A DNA stretch of 64,000 bases from a virus (Duplodnaviria; Caudoviricetes): IMG/VR virus record IMGVR_UViG_3300021255_002694. The stretch is one strand, 5' to 3'. Below, one piece after another: positions 56,505 to 64,000 of the stretch (the first letter of the stretch is position 1; each line of letters opens with the position of its first letter). The notes under the pieces are model-generated. The model was not told where the DNA came from and searched no databases. It was given only the letters and a program-made list of their open reading frames with translations. The translations under genes and the position numbers were made by a program.

Positions 56505-56747
56505 GTGCTTGGATTGAACTGGAAGAAAAGAAAGAAACTTAACCAGATTGCTAAATCACATGGATATGACCATTACTATCTATATGAACAACACATGAAA
56601 TTTTCATGCAAGGTGAAACCAAAGTTAGAAAAGTTTTTTGCCACAAGAAAACTGGACACGCCGTACTATTTTCTATATAGCAGTGTTAAAATGAGACATT
56701 TTTGTGACTTAGATTTGCACAAACCGAATAACATGATCTGTTGGTGA
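56505..56747 (+). CDS. basic small protein, tandem paralog of 56268
   Basis: MLGLNWKKRKKLNQIAKSHGYDHYY. Confidence 0.7.
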   Translation: MLGLNWKKRKKLNQIAKSHGYDHYYLYEQHMKFSCKVKPKLEKFFATRKLDTPYYFLYSSVKMRHFCDLDLHKPNNMICW

Positions 56748-56752
56748 TAACT

Positions 56753-57088
56753 ATGAATAAACGAAAGAAAAAGAAGATTATCAATAGGAACGGATTTCGT
56801 AAATATAGCAATTACAAGCTATATAAAGCTATTGATGAATTTTGCATTGATAAGTACGGAAAAGACGTTTATGATAGATTTAGAGTAACAAATGAAACAA
56901 AAGGATACAAAAGAAATATGATATTTGTAAAATATAAAAAGAAAATTGATTACAAACATATTTCCGATGTAAGCTGCTTTTTCGATGTTATTCCATATGG
57001 TCCTAGTCCATTTCAAAATAAACCAGAAGAGTTCATACATACTGTAAAAAATGGTGGTGAAAATAGTGGATTACCGAACAATAGTTGA
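56753..57088 (+). CDS. basic hypothetical protein
   Basis: MNKRKKKK start. Confidence 0.6.
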   Translation: MNKRKKKKIINRNGFRKYSNYKLYKAIDEFCIDKYGKDVYDRFRVTNETKGYKRNMIFVKYKKKIDYKHISDVSCFFDVIPYGPSPFQNKPEEFIHTVKNGGENSGLPNNS

Positions 57089-57692
57089 TCAGAGATTCAA
57101 AGAGTATCGTGTAGAAAACAAGACAAGAGTAGATCACCTGTCCAAAATTAAAAATGATTTTGGTGATGCTGTTTTTAAGTTTACGGTCTATAAATTCAGC
57201 ATTAAAGTACCAGCATCAAAAGATATTGACTCGTCTTATAATACTACAATGAAGCTATGTGAGATAATTGATAAGATGGGGCATTATAAATACGATACAG
57301 AAGATATAACAGGGGTTCGTTTGCCATACCCATCTAAAAAGCGAATTATTTGTTCGATTAGATTTAATGTTAGTTCATTTACAAGCGTTGTTGTAACTGC
57401 ATATGAGGGTAATCTTTTTCATATCTATTTTCAAACAGAGAGCCTCGATGTTCATAATAAAACCACAGAATTTTACTTCTATAAGAATTTCATATCCATA
57501 TTAGATAAAGATGTTAAAACTGCTAAACTCTCCGATATAGGATATGATAGTGAGGAATGCAGAGATATGTGTGAAGATGTATATGCCATGTATGTATATT
57601 TATTCGGGCAAGTTTACAGAACAATCAATAACTGTACATTTGAATGCTCTGAATACAATGCCTTTAAGAAATATATAACGGTTGATCCGTGA
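57051..57692 (+). CDS. hypothetical protein, tandem paralog of 57705
   Basis: DFGDAV, YKN.I.I..V.TA.L.D, YA..YL.G..Y shared. Confidence 0.75.
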   Translation: MVVKIVDYRTIVDQRFKEYRVENKTRVDHLSKIKNDFGDAVFKFTVYKFSIKVPASKDIDSSYNTTMKLCEIIDKMGHYKYDTEDITGVRLPYPSKKRIICSIRFNVSSFTSVVVTAYEGNLFHIYFQTESLDVHNKTTEFYFYKNFISILDKDVKTAKLSDIGYDSEECRDMCEDVYAMYVYLFGQVYRTINNCTFECSEYNAFKKYITVDP

Positions 57693-57704
57693 AGGAGTAA
57701 AAAC

Positions 57705-58376
57705 ATGGAAAGACAAGTTCTTAAAAACACTATATACAGTCATATAAAAGATTTATCAGATTTTGAGAAATCAAAAATTGATAAATACAAGACTATAAAA
57801 CTTGATTTTGGTGATGCTGTATGTGATTTTGTCAAAAAGCAATTTCAGTACGATTCAAAGAAGATGCAAAAATACGAAAATGCAATCAGACTTATGTTAG
57901 ATGTCTGTGATTACGTTATGTTAGATATTTGTGATGACATTAGACTGTATGATTGGATTGATGCTACTGGCGATGTAGACATCCTAAAAAGCGAAACCGT
58001 ATGCTCTCTGATGTTTACATCAACAACAGTTACAGGCGATAAAATTATTGTATCGTTGCTAAGAGACTATCGGATCGCTGTTATATTTGCTAAAATTGAT
58101 CATTCACCACTCGGTTTTAAAACTAAGATCATGAGAGCATTATGTCCTAGATATATAACATACTATTATAAGAATTATATTTTGATTGGTAATGATACTG
58201 TTGAAACAGCTAGATTAAAAGATTCTTTTACTCTTGAAGATAGATTACTTTCGATGAATGAATTAACATACGCTAAGTTTATCTATCTTTGGGGAAAAAT
58301 TTATCAGTATGTCACTAAAAAAGACTTTACTGACGAATACAAGGCATATGCAAACCATATTGATGCAAAACCGTGA
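57705..58376 (+). CDS. hypothetical protein, tandem paralog of 57051
   Basis: See 57051. Confidence 0.75.
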   Translation: MERQVLKNTIYSHIKDLSDFEKSKIDKYKTIKLDFGDAVCDFVKKQFQYDSKKMQKYENAIRLMLDVCDYVMLDICDDIRLYDWIDATGDVDILKSETVCSLMFTSTTVTGDKIIVSLLRDYRIAVIFAKIDHSPLGFKTKIMRALCPRYITYYYKNYILIGNDTVETARLKDSFTLEDRLLSMNELTYAKFIYLWGKIYQYVTKKDFTDEYKAYANHIDAKP

Positions 58377-58391
58377 AAGAGGTGTTACATA

Positions 58392-58817
58392 GTGACTGAT
58401 TCAAATAAAACTTATTTTGAATTTTTGGAATTTTTAGCAGAAAGATATTCTGTTCTTCCAAGTGATACGGTATGCCTGAAAGATGTTAAAGATTTTCTGT
58501 CTGAATCTAGTACATATAATGTTAGACTGGATTCTTCAATTTCTGACATTATTCCAGATGATGTAAAAGACTTTCTTGCACATTATAAAAATACACATTA
58601 TGATGCAAGAACAAGATCATTCACAGTTAAGATTCTGATGTGTGATGTGTGTGGAAATACTCACTACATTACTTTTTACATTAACGGTAGCTATACTGTT
58701 TTTGATGATCGTGGTCATGATATAACTATTCGGCAGTCTGACTGGATTCCGATGCAAATTAAATCTATTGAAGATGCTAGAGAAGTTATATTTTTCTATG
58801 AGAATCAAGGCAAATAA
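58392..58817 (+). CDS. hypothetical protein
   Basis: GAGGTG RBS. Confidence 0.65.
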   Translation: MTDSNKTYFEFLEFLAERYSVLPSDTVCLKDVKDFLSESSTYNVRLDSSISDIIPDDVKDFLAHYKNTHYDARTRSFTVKILMCDVCGNTHYITFYINGSYTVFDDRGHDITIRQSDWIPMQIKSIEDAREVIFFYENQGK

Positions 58818-58835
58818 AAAATAAGGAGATTATAT

Positions 58836-59231
58836 ATGAAACTAAAGAAACTGATTACTTGTTCAATCGCATGTGCATCATTACTTGCAATTACTGGATG
58901 CAGAGAGGTAACTTATGCATCCTACAATGTCTCAAAAGATGCTGATAATTTCAAGGTTTTAAGAAGAATTACTGTAATCAACACAAGAACAGATAATGTT
59001 CTATATGAATTAACTGGATTTTTCAGCCTACAAAATTCATCAACTGATGAAATTGCTGTTGTCTGTCGCGTGGATCAAGATAAGTACAAAAAGGACTTTA
59101 TTTATCTGAATGAGTGGACAACGTATGTTGTTGAGGATTTAGACGGAAATGATGTTTCACCATATCACTACGAACTGTCAATCATTCCAAAGTCTATTCC
59201 TGTTGCTGTTCCTGATGTTGTTTTAGATTGA
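58836..59231 (+). CDS. phage lipoprotein
   Basis: Signal peptide with lipobox ITGC; SKDADNFKVLRRITVIN. Confidence 0.7.
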   Translation: MKLKKLITCSIACASLLAITGCREVTYASYNVSKDADNFKVLRRITVINTRTDNVLYELTGFFSLQNSSTDEIAVVCRVDQDKYKKDFIYLNEWTTYVVEDLDGNDVSPYHYELSIIPKSIPVAVPDVVLD

Positions 59232-59242
59232 GGGCTAACGCA

Positions 59243-59683
59243 ATGAGATTTTATAACAACCATGACGGCAAAATTTACAGAGAAATAGAAGAATATATAA
59301 ATAAATTCTATCTTGACTGTAAAACATGCATAAAAGAAACTATTGTAACAATAAGATTTCCAAATGATACTGATGAAACATATTTATTTATTGATCCAGA
59401 TAGATTTGATGGTTGTGGATGGTTGACTTGTGCAGATGATTATGTAGAATCAGAATCATATGTAGATGTTGTTGGATTTGTACCAGTTGATAACATACGA
59501 GTAGTTGGAGATCAGATTGTTTGCGATTTCAAAGAGTTTTTACCGCCTGAACTTGTAGACTTTTACTGGAAATATCTAGGAATCGAGAAACCGAAAACTG
59601 TAGCAGAAGCAATAGATGAGTGCAACAAAGCACTGAAAGATAAACCAGAATTAGATTTTTCAGTGGTAAAAATGATAAAGTAA
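59243..59683 (+). CDS. hypothetical protein
   Basis: GAGGG RBS. Confidence 0.65.
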   Translation: MRFYNNHDGKIYREIEEYINKFYLDCKTCIKETIVTIRFPNDTDETYLFIDPDRFDGCGWLTCADDYVESESYVDVVGFVPVDNIRVVGDQIVCDFKEFLPPELVDFYWKYLGIEKPKTVAEAIDECNKALKDKPELDFSVVKMIK

Positions 59684-59694
59684 ATAACTATATA

Positions 59695-59719
59695 AGCGGT
59701 AGATTTATGATCTGCCGCT
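59695..59719 (+). promoter_or_regulatory. hairpin (TTATG loop) preceding tagged GNAT gene
   Basis: AGCGGTAGAT-TTATG-ATCTGCCGCT. Confidence 0.55.
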
Positions 59720-59746
59720 ATTCTTATATATATGGAGTTGATTTAT

Positions 59747-60163
59747 ATGAAACTTAGAATTATGGAATCTAATGATATCAATATTCGGAAAATCATGTTC
59801 CCGAGTGATGAAGCTAATGAATATTTAAAGCATGAGGATGAAAATGAATATCTCACCGATATAAATAAAACTTGTATTGGAGAACTAATTGTAAACGATG
59901 ATAACGGTGAGTTGATTGGAAAGGTATTTGTCTATAAGAAGAAGTATCCAGGATTTATCTTTAATGTCGAAACTAAGCCGAAATATAGAGGAAAAGGTTT
60001 TGGAAAAATGCTTGTAGATGATGCAGTTAAAAAACTAGGCGGGTATGATCTAACAGTAAAGAAAACAAACTATAGAGCAATTCAATTATATAGAGACTAC
60101 GGGTTTGAAATTATATCTGATGGAAATGATGAATCAGAATGGTACATGAAACTGGAAAAATAA
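59747..60163 (+). CDS. MKLxIxE-tagged GNAT acetyltransferase
   Basis: Starts MKLRIMES; acetyl-CoA motif PKYRGKGFGKML; N..AIQLYRDYGF. Confidence 0.85.
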   Translation: MKLRIMESNDINIRKIMFPSDEANEYLKHEDENEYLTDINKTCIGELIVNDDNGELIGKVFVYKKKYPGFIFNVETKPKYRGKGFGKMLVDDAVKKLGGYDLTVKKTNYRAIQLYRDYGFEIISDGNDESEWYMKLEK

Positions 60164-60178
60164 TTTTTCAAAATCCTC

Positions 60179-60213
60179 TTGACAAATCAGAATAAATATG
60201 GTATAATATATTC
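60179..60213 (+). promoter_or_regulatory. sigmaA-type promoter P17
   Basis: TTGACA-N17-TATAAT-ATATTC. Confidence 0.85.
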
Positions 60214-60230
60214 TGAAAGAGGTGACATGT

Positions 60231-60662
60231 ATGCTGAATCTTAGAGATGATTATAAGAAAAATCTTGTTAGAAGCCTTGAATATATTATTGATCGCAACG
60301 AAGATATTGAAGTAGATATGAATAATAATAACAGAGATTATCTTGATTCTATAGAGATCATTGATTTTAAGTTTCATCGACACAGGGCGTATTGTCATGT
60401 TGTATTCCTGTGCGGAAAATACTATAAAGTAGATGCATTCATGAAAGTTGAGGATGCAAAATTCATTCTTAATAATATTGATAAGATTGAATATGTGTAC
60501 AATATTGATAAGATGTATGATACGATTCTTGGAGACTTACTGGACTTATATATAAAATATAATACAAACGGATACAGATATATGGAGTTCATGATGAAAT
60601 TTAACGATCTTTTCACAAAAGACGATGCAATTAAATTTTTTGAGAAAGGTGATAATTTATAA
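60231..60662 (+). CDS. hypothetical protein
   Basis: GAGGTG RBS after P17. Confidence 0.65.
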   Translation: MLNLRDDYKKNLVRSLEYIIDRNEDIEVDMNNNNRDYLDSIEIIDFKFHRHRAYCHVVFLCGKYYKVDAFMKVEDAKFILNNIDKIEYVYNIDKMYDTILGDLLDLYIKYNTNGYRYMEFMMKFNDLFTKDDAIKFFEKGDNL

Positions 60663-61216
60663 TGAAACTATCAATAAGGGAGTCAGATAACAACGGTAAT
60701 TTTATAATTTACATTGACATGTTGCCGTTTTTAGATGTTAAAGACAACATACAGTTACACGAAGATGATATACAGCCAGATCATGTATTCTCTAAAGATA
60801 AAAAGTATGACAATGAATTCGATACAAGGCAGTACATTTTGGCAAAATATATAGCACCATTTGCAAAAAGACTTGTTGAAGATTTTGATTTTGTTGTTGA
60901 TTATGATGCACACTCATCTAGTGAAGGTAACTATGGTCTTTCAAACTATCTGACTCTAACATTTGAACATCCAGACAATATAACCGAGAGCGAACTTGAA
61001 GAAACGTATATGTACACAATTAGATTTTCTGATCACGAAAATAAACATCCAGAATTAGGTGCTGTTGAAGAAGTTGATATGACTGATATGAAAGCATCCA
61101 ATTTGATGAAAGCTGGAATGAGAGTGTTTAAAAGAAAACTAAGTGATGTTCAGAGGAACATAGCGAAATTTGAAATTGAAAAATTTGGAGAACAACAAAC
61201 ATTTTTCGATATGTAA
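60662..61216 (+). CDS. MKLxIxE-tagged protein, paralog of 44385
   Basis: Starts MKLSIRES; YGLSNYLTLTF..P...IRFSDH. Confidence 0.7.
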   Translation: MKLSIRESDNNGNFIIYIDMLPFLDVKDNIQLHEDDIQPDHVFSKDKKYDNEFDTRQYILAKYIAPFAKRLVEDFDFVVDYDAHSSSEGNYGLSNYLTLTFEHPDNITESELEETYMYTIRFSDHENKHPELGAVEEVDMTDMKASNLMKAGMRVFKRKLSDVQRNIAKFEIEKFGEQQTFFDM

Positions 61217-61225
61217 ATATTACAC

Positions 61226-61257
61226 AAAAATCTGCCAAAATATCATGGCAGATTTTT
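61226..61257 (+). terminator. intrinsic terminator (near-duplicate of 29086)
   Basis: AAAAATCTGCCA / TGGCAGATTTTT. Confidence 0.75.
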
Positions 61258-61281
61258 ATTTATATTTTTTCGTATTTGCTA

Positions 61282-61316
61282 TTGACAAACATTATTTTTT
61301 ATGATATACTATATTT
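61282..61316 (+). promoter_or_regulatory. sigmaA-type promoter P18
   Basis: TTGACA-N17-TATACT-ATATTT. Confidence 0.85.
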
Positions 61317-61394
61317 ACAAGATTAAGATACTTTAGAGGGCGGATCAGGCTGTTCACATCCCAACTTTCTACAATTTTAAGAGGCGTGATTAAG

Positions 61395-61580
61395 ATGGAT
61401 AGGATTTGTGTTGATATTTTCGACAATTCTGTAAATGTCAAAAAAGCGATCTGTGGTGATTGCAAATGGTGTATCAAAGGTAATATAATGGTTACTTGCG
61501 AATGCCGTTACTGGAATAAAAAATTAAGGATTGATAGCAGACCGTGTGAATGGTTTGAACGTGGAGAGTATAAATCTTAA
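61395..61580 (+). CDS. small Cys-rich protein
   Basis: CGDCKWC...C...C. Confidence 0.5.
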   Translation: MDRICVDIFDNSVNVKKAICGDCKWCIKGNIMVTCECRYWNKKLRIDSRPCEWFERGEYKS

Positions 61581-61609
61581 AGATATCACTCAGAGTCCGG
61601 AGGTACATT

Positions 61610-61921
61610 ATGACAGGCGATGAGTTGTATGTAGTGAACACATCAACAGGTGAACGTGTAAAAGCTAAACCTGATAAAAACCCTCTTTCAAACTTAAAAA
61701 GTACAATGCTTTATCATGTGAATGGATTTGATTCAAATTTCAGAGATGCTTGGATGCTTGGAATTGTTGTTGGTTATGATTGGAAGGACAATAGTTTCAA
61801 GGAAGTATGTGATCGGTGGAATTGGACAAATGAAGATGCAGATTTGCTTAGAAAGTTGCATGAACAGTATGAGGAATTGCTTGAAGTCTGCAATAAGAAA
61901 ATTGTATTGTTTGGAGATTAA
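61610..61921 (+). CDS. hypothetical phage protein
   Basis: GGAGG RBS. Confidence 0.65.
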   Translation: MTGDELYVVNTSTGERVKAKPDKNPLSNLKSTMLYHVNGFDSNFRDAWMLGIVVGYDWKDNSFKEVCDRWNWTNEDADLLRKLHEQYEELLEVCNKKIVLFGD

Positions 61922-61967
61922 AGCTAAAATATAAACAATCTTATAAAATACAATAGGAGTGATCTGA

Positions 61968-62303
61968 TTGAATAAATCAATAATACTATCATTGTGCAAT
62001 CAAATTGAAATGATAGTTGCAACTGTTTGTGATACTGGATATACATTGCAACCAGGTGACGAAGAAGCCATATTCAACATGGTAAAAGAAATCATTGACG
62101 AAGTAAATGCCCCACCGAAAAGTAATGGTGATTTTATTCGACATATGACAGATGAAGAACTTGCTGACTGGTTTGCACCATGCATGATGTGTCATATGTG
62201 CGATAAGGAAAACAAACCAGTTGGATGTAATAAAGATGAGTGTAGAAAATATGCACTTAGATATATGAAAAATGGGGTGAACACAAATGATGACAATGGA
62301 TGA
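61968..62303 (+). CDS. hypothetical protein
   Basis: SNGDFIRHMTDEELADW motif; Cys cluster. Confidence 0.6.
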   Translation: MNKSIILSLCNQIEMIVATVCDTGYTLQPGDEEAIFNMVKEIIDEVNAPPKSNGDFIRHMTDEELADWFAPCMMCHMCDKENKPVGCNKDECRKYALRYMKNGVNTNDDNG

Positions 62304-62410
62304 AATCAAAGAACTTGGTCTTGACTCAGTTGATAGTTTTGCTCTATTCTTTGGTCAGATGTTCGGATTGTTTGATGATGATGAAAATAGTGATGAGAGG
62401 GCTGACGAAG

Positions 62411-62719
62411 ATGCCGGAACTGATTGACAGACAGGCAGTACGATTGCTTGAAAGCGATGCAGACGCATATACTGAAAACTGGAACGATGATTATGAAAAA
62501 GGATTTTGTGACGCTATCAACAAAGTGTTGGAACTTCCAACAATAGAATCCGAACCTGTAAGGAACGGAAGGTGGATTAACGATACGTTTTGCAGTGAAT
62601 GTAAGCGATTTCCGGTTGATGTTTCTGTATCCATAAGCAATCGGGAATTGACAAAGTATTTTTCACGATGTCCACATTGCGGCGCACACATGCGAGATGG
62701 ATGTGCTGACGATGACTGA
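62411..62719 (+). CDS. zinc-ribbon phage protein, paralog of 63180
   Basis: MPELIDRQA...EPVR.G.W...CSEC...CPHCGA. Confidence 0.7.
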   Translation: MPELIDRQAVRLLESDADAYTENWNDDYEKGFCDAINKVLELPTIESEPVRNGRWINDTFCSECKRFPVDVSVSISNRELTKYFSRCPHCGAHMRDGCADDD

Positions 62720-62978
62720 ATTGAAATTACGTAGCTGTCCGTTTTGCGGCGGAAGAGCAAAAGTATCATATAGACAGTATAGATTCATAAAGCAATATGA
62801 TGATGGCACAAAACGAATTAAATATGCATTTTATGGAATCTGTAACCGTTGTAAAGCAACAGGTGGCACAATCACAGGAGAAATTCATTGTGGACTTGGA
62901 CAATCAAGAGATGATTTTCGGTTTTATGAGGAACTTGCCGCCGAAGCATGGAACAGTAGAACTAGCAATGAATCTTGA
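62712..62978 (+). CDS. Lar-family (restriction alleviation-like) zinc-finger protein
   Basis: LRSCPFCGG...CNRC...AAEAWNSR. Confidence 0.7.
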   Translation: MTELKLRSCPFCGGRAKVSYRQYRFIKQYDDGTKRIKYAFYGICNRCKATGGTITGEIHCGLGQSRDDFRFYEELAAEAWNSRTSNES

Positions 62979-63179
62979 TGAAACAATCAAACATTGCGCG
63001 TAATGTGTCTTGAAACGGATCAAACTGGAGGAACAGAGTTATGAAAACTAGCGAAAAGGAAAAAGAAATGTATTTCATGTGTTGCCTTGCACGGGATAGA
63101 GGAATCAAGGCAGATTATTTTGATTTCGACAAAAGAAGTGAAATCTCTGATTTTACAAAGAATAAAGTGGTGAACAAAG

Positions 63180-63521
63180 ATGCCAGAACTAATTGACAGA
63201 CAGGCGGCACTTGAAATAGCTATGAGTTATTGTCCAGATGATGACGGTTGCTGTTCAAAATCCGGTCATGATCTCAGAGAAATGCTTGATGAAATCGAGG
63301 CATTGCATGAAATCGAAGCTGAACCAGTGCGATACGGATATTGGAAACAAAGAAGAAATTTGGAATACTATTGCTCTAACTGTGGACGCGAAGAAAAGTA
63401 CATTTTTCAGAAGAACTACTGTCCTAGGTGTGGTAGTAAGATGCAATTTCGCTCACCGACAGAGGCACAACTTGACGAGTCTGATAGTGTGATTATGGGA
63501 GATTCCGACAATGAAATTTGA
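63180..63521 (+). CDS. zinc-ribbon phage protein, paralog of 62411
   Basis: MPELIDRQA...EPVRYGYW...CSNC...CPRCGS. Confidence 0.7.
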   Translation: MPELIDRQAALEIAMSYCPDDDGCCSKSGHDLREMLDEIEALHEIEAEPVRYGYWKQRRNLEYYCSNCGREEKYIFQKNYCPRCGSKMQFRSPTEAQLDESDSVIMGDSDNEI

Positions 63522-64000
63522 AAATTACAGAAAGTGGTTAGCGCAACATGATTTTCTAGGATCATAAGAATTTGACTATTTAGATAGTTTAGATTTAAGT
63601 GTTATTATCTGTGCAAATATAGATAAAACATGTGAGGAAATTATGGAAATTATCGAAGATAGATATGAGGAAGATTATCTATCTAAGTATCCAAATGACG
63701 AAATGTTGTTTAATAGCATTTCAGAGAGTGACTTTGTTAGTTACATTAAATATCGTTACGGGATTTCTCATACAGAAACTATAACTAACTATTTTAATTT
63801 ATAAAAAGATAATTACTGGATGAGGTGCTGACAATGAGTGAAATTGAGAATCCTTGCTACCACTGCTATCAAGGTGCGATTGGTGAGTGTCTAAGATGCA
63901 AGTATGGTGGAGAATATTGGAGCGGTGATCTAAGCGCTGAAACAGTCGAAGTCGAAAAGGAAGAAAGTGCAGAAAATGAACGATCTGATTTATCGGAATT

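Noticed and set aside
41866-59231. 41866 (MKLTPNQ) and 58836 (MKLKKLITC) as tag-family members
   Set aside because: They start MKL but lack the I/F-x-E ending; 58836 is a lipoprotein signal peptide.
62968-63003. Tiny ORF MNLDETIKHCA as a functional gene
   Set aside because: Only 11 codons; probably a truncated remnant of a small phage gene and cannot be supported further.
471-63446. Minus-strand ORFs in the track (e.g. 30618-31199, 31575-32111, 47471-47935)
   Set aside because: They shadow well-supported + strand genes, lack recognisable motifs, and reflect antisense frames of codon-biased genes.
1-64000. CRISPR array, transposase/IS, integrase, rRNA
   Set aside because: No regularly spaced direct repeats or recognisable motifs; repeated elements are promoters, RBSs and terminators.
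1-64000. Stop-codon reassignment as in some large gut phages
   Set aside because: Code 11 gives full-length ligase, helicase and radical SAM genes with dense tiling; TAA, TGA and TAG all end genes.

Overview
AT-rich, gene-dense window with essentially all genes on the + strand and standard genetic code. It looks like part of a large lytic phage genome of a Firmicutes host; a dockerin-bearing secreted protein points to a cellulosome-producing Ruminococcus-like host (inference). Most of it is an early/accessory region of small ORFs driven by 18 near-consensus sigmaA promoters (TTGAC[A/T]-N17-TATA[C/A]T, usually followed by ATATTT). Recognisable genes include a ClpP-like protease, a CDA-like deaminase, a radical SAM enzyme, an SF1 helicase-nuclease, a HAD 5'(3')-nucleotidase, two YopX proteins, a metallophosphoesterase, NAD-dependent DNA ligase, guanylate kinase, a GNAT and a Lar-like protein. 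Main discovery: about 15 mostly unrelated proteins in six cassettes share a 5-8 residue N-terminal tag, M-[KR]-L-x-I-x-E or shorter variants. The tag resembles a capsid-targeting/prohead-protease leader of T4-type internal proteins. Cargo includes an R-S-E-like ADP-ribosyltransferase, a GNAT and a paralogous RFS(D/E)H pair. Several cassettes are preceded by hairpins, and one member is a decayed paralog. Also notable: a promoter-driven ~155-nt structured RNA containing an anticodon-less tRNA-like domain, dyad-symmetric promoters and many paralog expansions. Functional calls come from motif recognition by eye; no database searches were run.
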